The translations under genes were made by a program, and so were the position numbers. A DNA stretch of 64,000 nucleotides, taken from assembly GCA_044356325.1 (NCBI GenBank), contig JBIKWJ010000001.1:56305-120304 (forward strand), given 5' to 3'. How positions within the stretch are numbered: position 1 is the first letter of the stretch; every line of letters begins with the position of its first letter. Positions 48,364 to 58,006 of the stretch are shown here, piece after piece. The notes beneath the pieces were generated by a model that was not told where the DNA came from, made no database searches, and was given only the letters and a program-made list of their open reading frames with translations. Source of the DNA: Minisyncoccia bacterium. GTDB taxonomy: Bacteria > Patescibacteriota > Minisyncoccia > SW-4-49-11.

Positions 48364-50277
48364 CTATTCTTTAAAATCTCTATTCTGATAATACCATTCA
48401 TATACTTTTTTAGTAATAGGTATGGTGGTTTGAAAACTTTCATCTCCCTCTTCTACGAGTACAATCATTGAAATTTTAGGATTTTCCACCGGACCATAGG
48501 ACACAAACCAAGAATTATTTTTCTCTTTACCCGTTTGAGCTGTTCCTGTTTTGCCAGCTGTCGTGAAAGGTAATGTTTGTAATGGATATCCTGTTCCATC
48601 AGTAATGGTTTGCCTCATACCTTCTTTTACTATAGCATAGTTTTCGGGAGAGATGGGTATATTTTGTAATAATTCTTTTGTTTTCATATTTTTTTCACCC
48701 CCATCTTCTCCTTTAATACCACTATATATATAGGGCTTATACAAATTTCCTCCATTAGCTACGGCATTAATTCCATTCAAAATTTGTAAGGGGGTTGCTG
48801 ACATACCTCCTTGCCCAATTGATGTATTATATGTGTCTCCCAAAAGCCAAGATTCATTTTTCGCTTGTTTTTTCCAAGCAGGATCAGCCACATTTCCATT
48901 AGATTCTCCAGTTAAATCTATTTGTGTTCGAGAACCAAATCCATAATAACGATAATACTCAGCTAATTTATCGATACCAAGCCCCTTTTGTTTATTGGGA
49001 ACTCCCCCTACAAAAGTATAATAAAATACATTTACAGAATCTGAAATTGACTTATATACATTAGTAATACCATGAATTTTCCAGTCTGGATAAATATAAG
49101 GTTTATTTGCATCATAAGGATTTTCTACAATTAATTTTCCTAAGGGGTCATTGATTGTAGTATTCGTATTAACAATACCCTCTTGTAATAAACCTGAAGC
49201 TATTATCGGTTTAATTGTTGAGGCCGGCGCATATTCTCCTCCAATACATCGATTCAATAATGGTTTATCTTTATCCTGAATCAATGCAGTATAGTCTTGC
49301 TGACTAATACCCTTACTAAATAAATTATTATCAAAGCTAGGCAAACTAACCATGGCAAGTACTTCTCCATTTTGTGGGTTCATAATAATACCAGCCCCCC
49401 GTGTTAATTGTTTTTGATTCAGTATTTCTTGTATGGAATCCTGTAAAACTTTTTGTAATTCGCTATCAATAGTCAATTGTATAGACTCTCCATTACGAGG
49501 CGATTTCAAAGGAATATCACTATTGCGTGGGTTTTTGAGTCCATATTCCCCTTTCAAAGGGGCCTCATATACTTTTTCTAATCCTAATTTTCCAATACTA
49601 TCATCCCTTACATAACGAGGATTAGCTTCAATATCAGCCTCAGATAATCTTCCCGTATATCCCATTAAATGAGAAAAATAAAAGGAATCTTTATATGTTC
49701 GGGTACTCGACTGTTTAAGCTCAAATCCAGGATATTTTTCTTGACTTACTTCAAAAGTAATTGCTTGTTCTTGTGTTATATTGTCAATTAACATTATTTC
49801 TTTGTCTGAACTCTCTAAAGCTTTCTCTACCAGTACATTATCGAGAGAAAAGAAAGCCTTCATATCGGCAATAATTTGATTTTTTTTCTCTATATCTGTT
49901 GGTAAAGCCTCTCGGTTTAATATTAAAGAGAATACTACCTGATTATAAGCTAAAATGATCCCATTTCTATCATATATATTCCCTCTTAAGGGTTTAATAT
50001 AACTTTGACTTACAATACGCTCTTGTGTTTTTTGTTGATTAGCTGAAGCTAAAAATTGCAATTGAAAAACTCTTGCCCATAATATACCTATGGCAACCAA
50101 AATAAGAATTGCTAAACCTATTAAATAGCGCGAATTATCGAGCCCCGAAATATACAAAGCAGAATTGCCATCTCGATCAAGATATAAGTCTTCTGGAGTA
50201 ATATCACTATCAATTAAATTCTTCATATATTTTATATTTATCAGCAATATACAAGAATATCGTAATAGTGACACCAT
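48364..50277 (-). CDS. mrdA: Class B penicillin-binding protein (PBP2-type transpeptidase).
   Basis: 637 aa with STIK (SxxK), SDS-like and KTGTAQ motifs. It is the last gene of the mreBCD cluster. Confidence 0.8.
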   Translation of the reverse strand: MVSLLRYSCILLINIKYMKNLIDSDITPEDLYLDRDGNSALYISGLDNSRYLIGLAILILVAIGILWARVFQLQFLASANQQKTQERIVSQSYIKPLRGNIYDRNGIILAYNQVVFSLILNREALPTDIEKKNQIIADMKAFFSLDNVLVEKALESSDKEIMLIDNITQEQAITFEVSQEKYPGFELKQSSTRTYKDSFYFSHLMGYTGRLSEADIEANPRYVRDDSIGKLGLEKVYEAPLKGEYGLKNPRNSDIPLKSPRNGESIQLTIDSELQKVLQDSIQEILNQKQLTRGAGIIMNPQNGEVLAMVSLPSFDNNLFSKGISQQDYTALIQDKDKPLLNRCIGGEYAPASTIKPIIASGLLQEGIVNTNTTINDPLGKLIVENPYDANKPYIYPDWKIHGITNVYKSISDSVNVFYYTFVGGVPNKQKGLGIDKLAEYYRYYGFGSRTQIDLTGESNGNVADPAWKKQAKNESWLLGDTYNTSIGQGGMSATPLQILNGINAVANGGNLYKPYIYSGIKGEDGGEKNMKTKELLQNIPISPENYAIVKEGMRQTITDGTGYPLQTLPFTTAGKTGTAQTGKEKNNSWFVSYGPVENPKISMIVLVEEGDESFQTTIPITKKVYEWYYQNRDFKE

Positions 50278-50638
50278 TAATAACTGTATATATAAGTAAA
50301 TTCCAATAATCTTTTGGGATACCGATAATGATCATTTTACTTGTAATTAAAAATACTGTAGCTAATATTCCTTGTACCGCCCAACCTCTATCGAGGAATA
50401 TACTTGCAATATAAACTCCTAATAACCATATTCCATAATACAAAGCATTATGCCACCACAAAGTAATACTGGTTTGTTGCAAGACTAACACAATAATAAT
50501 CAGCCATATCATCACTGTCCAATATTGTTTAGCCAATATATAGATTATTAATGGTCCTAAATATAAAATAGGAACCCATATAAGAGGGACATATATATGT
50601 AAACATAACCCTAATAATATGATAGTTCCAAGGAACAT
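50210..50638 (-). CDS. mreD: Rod shape-determining protein MreD-like.
   Basis: 142 aa with 4-5 hydrophobic helices, positioned between mreC and PBP2. Confidence 0.5.
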   Translation of the reverse strand: MFLGTIILLGLCLHIYVPLIWVPILYLGPLIIYILAKQYWTVMIWLIIIVLVLQQTSITLWWHNALYYGIWLLGVYIASIFLDRGWAVQGILATVFLITSKMIIIGIPKDYWNLLIYTVINGVTITIFLYIADKYKIYEEFN

Positions 50639-50640
50639 AT

Positions 50641-51366
50641 TTATGTCTTTAGAATAAATACTTCTGTCAATTGATAAAAATTAATAGGATAATCAACAAT
50701 AATGCGATGGAATAAATCACCTTCTGAAATATCTTTAATTTTGCCCGCTAATATTCCTGCGGGTATTGTCTCAGTTGGAGTAGTAATAATATTTTGATCT
50801 TTTACAATAGAATCTAATTTAGGTATAGAATCAACCTCTAAAACATTACCATATTCTGATTTCAAAATTCCTTGAGAGGGGCTATCTTTTTGTATTTGAA
50901 TTGCAATTTTACTATTTGCATCATTTAGGAATTGAATTTTACTGGAAAACTCAGATACTTCTTTCACTTGCCCCACCAAATACCCGAGATAAATAGCTGG
51001 TTGATTTACTCGAACTCCTTCTTTAGATCCCACCGCAACAGTGGCGGAGCTACGAGTAAAATCATTATCAAATGTTACAATTTTCGCCTGTATGGGAGTA
51101 ATTCCTGTATCATTCTTGGTTATAATAGCACTTTTTAATAATTCATTTTCAGATTTTAAATATAATAAACTTGCCACTTCTGATTCAAGAGAAGTAATTT
51201 TTGCTTGTAATTGTTCTGGAGATTCATTGAACTGATTTTGTGCAAAAACAGGTTTAATGAGAGGTAATCTTTGCACAATTTTAGGAATAGAGCCTGTTAA
51301 TACAAGAGCTCCTAGTATTAGGAGTATAATCCCCGCTAATATGAGTGATATAGGCTGTTTTCTCAT
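50641..51366 (-). CDS. mreC: Rod shape-determining protein MreC.
   Basis: 241 aa with an N-terminal transmembrane helix, a coiled coil and then a beta domain (...GSKEGVRVNQPAIYLGYLVGQVKEV...). Confidence 0.75.
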   Translation of the reverse strand: MRKQPISLILAGIILLILGALVLTGSIPKIVQRLPLIKPVFAQNQFNESPEQLQAKITSLESEVASLLYLKSENELLKSAIITKNDTGITPIQAKIVTFDNDFTRSSATVAVGSKEGVRVNQPAIYLGYLVGQVKEVSEFSSKIQFLNDANSKIAIQIQKDSPSQGILKSEYGNVLEVDSIPKLDSIVKDQNIITTPTETIPAGILAGKIKDISEGDLFHRIIVDYPINFYQLTEVFILKT

Positions 51367-52466
51367 ATATAACTTTTACCTTTACGCTCAATATCCAATG
51401 GTATTAATAACTCTTTGAGAGAATCTATATCCTCTAATACCATACCAGTACCCCTTACTACTACAGTGAGTGGGTCTGAGGCAATCAAAGTTGGTACTCG
51501 AGTAATATTAGTAATCAAAATATCTAATCCTTTGAGTAATGCCCCCCCTCCAGCGAGAATAATTCCTCTTTCCATAATATCTCCGATAAGTTCCGGAGGT
51601 GTTTCTTCAATAGAGGTTTTGACGGTATTTGCAATTTGCATAATAGAATTTGCCATAGCTTTTCTAATATCAGTATCATTAACAATAATTTCTTTTGGAA
51701 GTCCAGATATAATATCTCTTCCTTTAATTCCCATTTCGAGGGGCTCACTAAGAGTATAGGCAGATCCAATATTCATTTTGACATTCTCAGCTGTACGCTC
51801 TCCAATAGCCAATTTATAATGTGTTCGAATATACCGAATAATATCACTATTCAATTTATCTCCCGCCACTCTCAAACTTTTGGATATAACCACGCCCCCA
51901 AGAGACATAACAGCAATTTCGGTAGTACCTCCTCCAATATCTACAATAATACTTCCTGTAGCTTCTTGAATAGGAAGACGAGCCCCAATAGCAGCCGCAA
52001 TTGGCTCTTCAATCAAATATACTTCTCGTACTCCTGCATTACGGGTCGCATCATATACCGCTCGCTTTTCCACTTCAGTAACCCCTGATGGAATACCCAC
52101 TACCACTCGAGTTTTCCACTGATGAAAAAACCCCCTCTGTGTAACTTTATTAATAAAGTATTTCAGCATTTGCTCTGTTACTTCAAAGTCTGATACCACT
52201 CCATTAACGAGTGGGCGTGTAGCTACGATATGAGCTGGGGTTCTCCCCACCATAGTCTTGGCATCTTGTCCAATAGCAAGCACTTGCCCACTTTTTTGAT
52301 TAATAGCCACAACTGATGGTTCATTGATGACAATACCTCGATTTTTGACATAAACCAAGGTATTAGCTGTCCCCAAGTCAATACCAATATCTTGTCCAAA
52401 TGAGCTCCATATACCCGACAATACTTTCAATTGAGATTTTGATTCAGTCTTTCTCTTCATATACAT
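51363..52466 (-). CDS. mreB: Rod shape-determining protein MreB (actin homolog).
   Basis: 367 aa with GIDLGTANTLVYV and actin-fold phosphate motifs. Confidence 0.9.
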   Translation of the reverse strand: MYMKRKTESKSQLKVLSGIWSSFGQDIGIDLGTANTLVYVKNRGIVINEPSVVAINQKSGQVLAIGQDAKTMVGRTPAHIVATRPLVNGVVSDFEVTEQMLKYFINKVTQRGFFHQWKTRVVVGIPSGVTEVEKRAVYDATRNAGVREVYLIEEPIAAAIGARLPIQEATGSIIVDIGGGTTEIAVMSLGGVVISKSLRVAGDKLNSDIIRYIRTHYKLAIGERTAENVKMNIGSAYTLSEPLEMGIKGRDIISGLPKEIIVNDTDIRKAMANSIMQIANTVKTSIEETPPELIGDIMERGIILAGGGALLKGLDILITNITRVPTLIASDPLTVVVRGTGMVLEDIDSLKELLIPLDIERKGKSYI

Positions 52467-52597
52467 TATATTGTATATGATATTGAGTATTATGTAAACC
52501 TATATATTTTATACTATGGGAAACACTATATTTTGTTCTTATTTATATTATAATTAAAGTTCTAATATATTGATTTTATGATGAAACAGAGTTTGAA

Positions 52598-53009
52598 TAA
52601 GATGAGATACATCGTAGACAAAATGAGATTTGTGTAGGGGTGACCTTACAGTCGCCCGCAAGTCCTCCTCCGTCCCCTCCTATACTTTAGTTTGGGAGGG
52701 GACACCTCCCCCAAGGGAGGACAATAAAACTGTCCCTCGCTGGGCGAGGGTGTCGACGAAGTCGACGGGTGTGGACTGAGCTAATTCCCCTCATTGAGGG
52801 GTGTATCATTAAAAGGCCTATATTCTAAAATATAAATTTATTTTGAACCTATCCACCCTCCCCCTACGGGTACTCCCTCCTAAGGGAGACAAAAGCTCAA
52901 GCTCAAATATATCACAGGCGACTGATAGGGTGCCCCTACATAAGAACAATAGTGGAGGGATAAACCCTCCGCTACGAAAGTATAATTTGTCTACGATCTC
53001 CTCATCTTA
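52598..53009. repeat. GC-rich MITE-like element, copy D (the best-preserved copy, with roughly 27 bp TIRs).
   Basis: Left end tgaataagatgagatacatcgtagacaaaatgagatttgtgtaggggtgacctt. The right end, reverse-complemented, is tgtataagatgaggagatcgtagacaaattatac. The element is about 55% GC in a roughly 30% GC genome. Confidence 0.7.
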
Positions 53010-53086
53010 TACAGAGTTTTGACAAATAAAAAAAGCCCCACACGAATGCAGGGTTCAAAGAGCTTTAGCTGTGAATAGCAGGCAGC

Positions 53087-53488
53087 TTATGGAGTTTGTG
53101 GGAAATATCTATACTCATATCTTAGGTCAACTACATATACTGCATAATACTGATTCACTTTTGAATCAGAAATTTGCAGAATTCTAGCTAAATTAGAAGG
53201 TTCCTTGAGTTCTGCGGATATTGTACTAGAACCCGCCTTAAGATAGTGTACCCACACATAACAAACTTGTTCTCCGCAAAACTTTCTTAGCTCTGTTATA
53301 GTCATAGGCTTAGTATATGCCCATCCCTCAGGTGGTTCAAGATATCCTTCTTCCCATCCCTGAACAAAGAAGCTATCTTCCTGGGATGGTAAGAACGTAG
53401 GTTCTTGAAAGAGAAGGCTACATCCACCCAAGAGAAGTAGGCCAGCTACTAAGGCAGCCCGAACAAGACTAGAAAGTGAAGTTCTCAA
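53087..53488 (-). CDS. Small lipoprotein with elevated GC content (about 42%).
   Basis: 133 aa with a signal peptide plus lipobox (LLLLGGCS). Confidence 0.45.
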   Translation of the reverse strand: MRTSLSSLVRAALVAGLLLLGGCSLLFQEPTFLPSQEDSFFVQGWEEGYLEPPEGWAYTKPMTITELRKFCGEQVCYVWVHYLKAGSSTISAELKEPSNLARILQISDSKVNQYYAVYVVDLRYEYRYFPQTP

Positions 53489-53571
53489 AGGACTACCTCT
53501 GAAGTTTACAAAAAAACTATATCATATTTTTACAACTTTACCAAGCTTAAATAGCAAATATTTTATATGTT

Positions 53572-55878
53572 TTAGTGAATAGCCTCTCTATATCTCATTA
53601 TCCCAAGATATCCCCACCAAATAATATTTAAGATTATAGCAATACTAAACCATATATTTTCGCGGGACCACTCAGCAAGGATTTTATACCACTCAGTTCT
53701 CTCAACTCCCTCAATAAGCTGCGCTTCTCCTTTTAGTTTAAAACTATTTAAGTCCTGATATTCGGATTTTGTTGTATTATTATTCTCAATATTTGAAGCT
53801 ATACTTATATCCTTTTTGATATCTGATACTTTGGCTATTTTGACAGCTGGTATTACGCGAATTTGTGAGCTATTCCATGGAATAACACGTATTTCTCCAT
53901 CATATATTTCAGTAAATCCTGTAATCGCAATAGTATCCCCTTTTTTCATCTTGGGCTTAATTATGGTATCAGAATATAATTTAATAGGAGCTGTATATTT
54001 ATTATTAGATAGCACTAATTTAGTTTTAGTATTCGTATCCAATATCCCATTTACTTTGACTAGTTTACCCCAATCATCAGTATTCATAGTTTTGATATTT
54101 TCTGGCTTTATAGTAATTTTTTGAGTATCTATAATACTAATATCCTCTCTGGATACGGTTTTCAGATATTGTTGCGTATCAGTATTATGCCATTCTGATT
54201 TTATTCTCACGATATCCCCTTCTTTCAGACTTGGAAAACGCTTTTGTCTATCATATATTTTGATAATTCTATTATTATTCTGTATATAAAAACTGCTATC
54301 ATTAAGCGTGCTCGGTGGAATAATAATTTGCCCCTGTAATTCTAATAATTCTCCATCTTCAATTGATATGATATCCTCAATACTATCAATAAATCGATAA
54401 TTTTTACTTATGTCATCCATTGCTTCAGTAAATATATTGGGGGCACTCGGAGTAAGGGTATTAGTCCAACCCCAATTTTGTAATAGCGGTATATATGATA
54501 AACCTTTTTTCGCCTTGGTATAGGAGGTTGTAGATTGGATTTGATTATAATTATCGATTAGAGTAATAGTCTCACCTGTATTATTGAGAGATATTTTAGT
54601 CTCATCTTGATTCCAGACTCTATATCCTTTGGCAGGGATAATACCTGACAATATATAGCTTTTCGCTAAATCAGATAATTTCCAATCCGTTATATCTATG
54701 TCCTTATCTGTGGTATTATTAAGCTCAATAAATTCAACTCCCTCTAAGGGATAGGGATAAATTTCTGATAGAATAATGCTCCCTATACTATACTTGGGTA
54801 ATGAAGGCTTAATTGGTGTAGGTGCGGGTATTACTATGGGTGTGGGAGTTGGTGGAATAATAATTGGAGCAATATTAGGCGCATTAGGTGAGGGAATAGT
54901 ATTCCAAATCCAATTATTGTCAATTAACATATAACTTGAGCCTTTTTGAGAATCTTTCATACTATAATCTACTTGTGACTGTATAGTATTATTGGGGTCA
55001 GATAAAATAACTGAATCACTATCATTATTAAGAATAATACTAAGCCCATTCCCATCTTCTAATAACAGAAACCCTTTAGCTGGAATAATTCCTGATAATG
55101 TCTGTATTGCTGATCCACTATTTGGGATATCATCTAATTTCCACCCACTAATATCTATATCTTTATCGGTGATATTAGTGAGTTCTACAAATTCATTTTT
55201 CCCCTCAGCAGGATTTGGGTAAATTTCAGATATAATCACACCCCCATATACAATGGGAGGAGATGGAGGTGTTACGGGAATGATATTAAGAGGAGATAAA
55301 GGTTTTATTTCCCAAGAAAAATTACTAACTTTATGCAGAGACTCTCCCTGGTTTGTTGTCGCTGGCCATTTCCCAGAAAAATTGACCGAGTCTATGGTAA
55401 TACCCTTATCATTACGAAGCTCTATATAAGCTCCCGCCGTATTACTAAGAGATCCAAAATTAGTACTTGTTACATTAATAACTTTGTTGAGTGGCGTGAG
55501 GCTAGTTTGGGTAGTTACAATTTTGCGAATCACAATATAATCTGAGATATTACCAGTAAGGGGAATAATTTTATCACCCGCTCCAGATACTATTCTCAGA
55601 GACCAGCCTGTTAATGTGATTGGAGTATTACTAGTATTCTTGAGCTCAATAAACTCATCATTAGGGTCAGTCACAGTATCATCAGACCATATGGTATAAC
55701 CGGTATAATTAATTTCATTAATTTCCACCTCCTGAAAAGCAAAAGAAACTTGGGGGGAGAACAAAAATAGCCCCAATAAAAGGGCTATTTGATTAATTCT
55801 GAGGAGATTTGTTTGTATTGTCCGGGTCATTACTATCTTTGTTTGGATCTTGTTTATTGGGATCATAAGTATATGCAT
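53572..55878 (-). CDS. Surface protein with three lamin-tail-domain (LTD) repeats and a C-terminal membrane anchor.
   Basis: 768 aa with a repeated signature: INEINYTG...DEFIELKNTSNTPITLTGWSL, ISEIYPNP...EFVELTNITDKDIDISGWKL and LSEIYPYP...EFIELNNTTDKDIDITDWKL. A C-terminal transmembrane helix is present. Confidence 0.6.
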   Translation of the reverse strand: MHILMIPINKIQTKIVMTRTIQTNLLRINQIALLLGLFLFSPQVSFAFQEVEINEINYTGYTIWSDDTVTDPNDEFIELKNTSNTPITLTGWSLRIVSGAGDKIIPLTGNISDYIVIRKIVTTQTSLTPLNKVINVTSTNFGSLSNTAGAYIELRNDKGITIDSVNFSGKWPATTNQGESLHKVSNFSWEIKPLSPLNIIPVTPPSPPIVYGGVIISEIYPNPAEGKNEFVELTNITDKDIDISGWKLDDIPNSGSAIQTLSGIIPAKGFLLLEDGNGLSIILNNDSDSVILSDPNNTIQSQVDYSMKDSQKGSSYMLIDNNWIWNTIPSPNAPNIAPIIIPPTPTPIVIPAPTPIKPSLPKYSIGSIILSEIYPYPLEGVEFIELNNTTDKDIDITDWKLSDLAKSYILSGIIPAKGYRVWNQDETKISLNNTGETITLIDNYNQIQSTTSYTKAKKGLSYIPLLQNWGWTNTLTPSAPNIFTEAMDDISKNYRFIDSIEDIISIEDGELLELQGQIIIPPSTLNDSSFYIQNNNRIIKIYDRQKRFPSLKEGDIVRIKSEWHNTDTQQYLKTVSREDISIIDTQKITIKPENIKTMNTDDWGKLVKVNGILDTNTKTKLVLSNNKYTAPIKLYSDTIIKPKMKKGDTIAITGFTEIYDGEIRVIPWNSSQIRVIPAVKIAKVSDIKKDISIASNIENNNTTKSEYQDLNSFKLKGEAQLIEGVERTEWYKILAEWSRENIWFSIAIILNIIWWGYLGIMRYREAIH

Positions 55879-56431
55879 TATGTAATTCTACAGTTCTATT
55901 AGCTTCTGCAAATTTGAGAATAATGTCTTTGGCCTTATATGGGTACGGCACATCATCAAAGAATAAAATTTTCTGATCCGCGCCTGCAGTTTGTACCCGC
56001 ACATCACCAAAATTCAAAATACTTGCAAAAAATCCATTTACAATAACTTCTATATCTTGTACATTACCAATATCCGCCTCGGATAGCTTACGATGAAAAA
56101 AATCAATTTGATCAATAGTAAGAACTCTTTGATTCGTCACAATATAAGCATCCAGATAATAATGTGTCCAGGTCAAAAATGCGGTATAAAAGATAAATAG
56201 AATAATAAGCATAATTACAAAATCAAATACAGTAGCTAAAAATGGCTCTTGTAATACTGGGATAGTATTAGGTAAGTATATAGATAATACAAATGTTACC
56301 AATAATAATATAGCACTGAATATATAAGGAGCAATAAGCAAAAATATAGATCTTCTAAAGACAATTTTTACAATTTCCCCTTGATGCTGACCTTTGAAAT
56401 GAAGATTTTTCCCCGTAACTCTATCAAACAT
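55793..56431 (-). CDS. Membrane protein with a bacterial PH (YdbT/bPH_2-like) domain.
   Basis: 212 aa with two N-terminal transmembrane helices followed by a PH-like domain. A C-terminal Asp/Asn/Lys-rich tail overlaps the LTD gene. Confidence 0.45.
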   Translation of the reverse strand: MFDRVTGKNLHFKGQHQGEIVKIVFRRSIFLLIAPYIFSAILLLVTFVLSIYLPNTIPVLQEPFLATVFDFVIMLIILFIFYTAFLTWTHYYLDAYIVTNQRVLTIDQIDFFHRKLSEADIGNVQDIEVIVNGFFASILNFGDVRVQTAGADQKILFFDDVPYPYKAKDIILKFAEANRTVELHNAYTYDPNKQDPNKDSNDPDNTNKSPQN

Positions 56432-56435
56432 ATAC

Positions 56436-56639
56436 TTAATTTATATTAATAATGGCTTGAAGATTTCCATATAATAGCCCTAATAGTATAATACTTCCTA
56501 TACTATAAGCTATGGTTGTAATAATAGCAGTTCTCGTATTGAGTCCAAAAGCAAAAATATGATATAACATCACAATACTCCCTATAATATAAGCTATTAA
56601 TATGGCAAGATAAGCTAGGATAAATAATTGTGCTGACAT
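56436..56639 (-). CDS. Small membrane protein with two transmembrane helices.
   Basis: 67 aa, hydrophobic. Confidence 0.35.
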   Translation of the reverse strand: MSAQLFILAYLAILIAYIIGSIVMLYHIFAFGLNTRTAIITTIAYSIGSIILLGLLYGNLQAIININ

Positions 56640-56643
56640 ATAA

Positions 56644-57651
56644 TTATGTTAAAGTTTGAGTTGTGGGAGGGATTTTACCAAAATATTCATAACAAAGTTT
56701 CGTCACCATACGACCTTTTGGAGTTCTTTGTAATAATCCCTGTCTCATAAGGAATGGCTCATAAATCTCCTCTATGGTCACAGTCTCCTCAGCGGTTGAA
56801 GCCGCCAAAGTCGAGAGCCCCACTGGTCCCCCATTAAATATATTCATAATAGTCTCTAAGATTTTACGGTCTCCTGACTCTAGCCCTTGCGCATCCACAT
56901 CTAAGAGCTCAAAAGTCTCATCTATCACTGACCTATTGATAATTCCATTATTATGTACTTCTGCATAATCTCTCACTCGTTTGAGGAGGCGATTTGCGAC
57001 ACGCGGAGTATGACGACTTCTAATTGCAATATGGCGATATACTTCTGGTGAATCTGCTTTTACAGATAGAATATTACTAGAACGCTTTAAGATATCAATA
57101 ATATGATCTTGCGTATAAAAATCAAAACTATAAATATTACCAAAACGACTACGGAATGGTCCCGATAGAGACCCAAATTTGGTTGTGGCACCAATCAGAG
57201 TAAATTTCGGCAAATCTAGTCTTAGAGTTCGAGCAGAAGGTCCCTTACCGACAATAATATCCAAGACAAAATCCTCCATAGCCGAATATAATATTTCCTC
57301 TAATGTCTTAGACAAACGATGAATTTCATCAATAAACAGAATATCTCCCGCCTCTATATTGGTAAGAATTGAGGCTAAGTCCCCAGCCTTCTCGAGAGCA
57401 GGCCCAGAGGTAACTTTTAAATTAGACCCCAGATACTTGGAAATAAGATAAGCCAAACTCGTCTTACCAAGTCCAGGAGGACCATAGAATAAAAGATGAT
57501 CCAAGGGCTCTCCTCGCTTCTGAGCTGCCTGAATAGAAATGGAAAGGTTTTTTTTAATTTGATCTTGCCCAATATACTCTTCAAAAGTCTGTGGTCGCAA
57601 ACTCTGATCTATACTACTATCTTCCTGTATTTCTTTTGATGATGTAATCAT
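56644..57651 (-). CDS. ruvB: Holliday junction branch-migration helicase RuvB.
   Basis: 335 aa with ...FEEYIGQDQIKKNL...LLFYGPPGLGKTSLA.... Confidence 0.9.
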   Translation of the reverse strand: MITSSKEIQEDSSIDQSLRPQTFEEYIGQDQIKKNLSISIQAAQKRGEPLDHLLFYGPPGLGKTSLAYLISKYLGSNLKVTSGPALEKAGDLASILTNIEAGDILFIDEIHRLSKTLEEILYSAMEDFVLDIIVGKGPSARTLRLDLPKFTLIGATTKFGSLSGPFRSRFGNIYSFDFYTQDHIIDILKRSSNILSVKADSPEVYRHIAIRSRHTPRVANRLLKRVRDYAEVHNNGIINRSVIDETFELLDVDAQGLESGDRKILETIMNIFNGGPVGLSTLAASTAEETVTIEEIYEPFLMRQGLLQRTPKGRMVTKLCYEYFGKIPPTTQTLT

Positions 57652-57707
57652 AGATTACGATACTTATATACTATTATTATAGTATATTTTTAGAGTTTTG
57701 TATAGAT

Positions 57708-58003
57708 CTGTATGAGATGAGGAGATGGTAGACACAACAGATTACTATACATTACTAGCCTAGGGTCCCTAGCTTGTCACAAAAATTGTCCTCCTTTGCC
57801 TGCCTGCGGTAGGCAGGGAGGAGGTGGCCGTCAGGCCGAAGGTGGATAGAGTTCAAGTCTTTATCTTATCCACCCCTGCCTTTCAGGCTTCCCCCTCCTA
57901 AGGGGGACAAAAGTAATAATTCTTTTGTTACGACAATATATGCAACTGTAAGGTCACCCCTACACAAATCTAATCTTGTCTACGATGTATCTCATCTTAT
58001 TCA
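57708..58003. repeat. GC-rich MITE-like element, copy E.
   Basis: Left TIR ctgtatgagatgaggagatggtagaca. The right end ...tgtctacgatgtatctcatcttattca is the reverse complement of the copy D left TIR. The internal sequence is almost identical to copy C. It begins 4 nt after the stop of the 58007 gene and ends 57 nt upstream of the ruvB start. Confidence 0.7.
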
Positions 58004-58006
58004 TAT

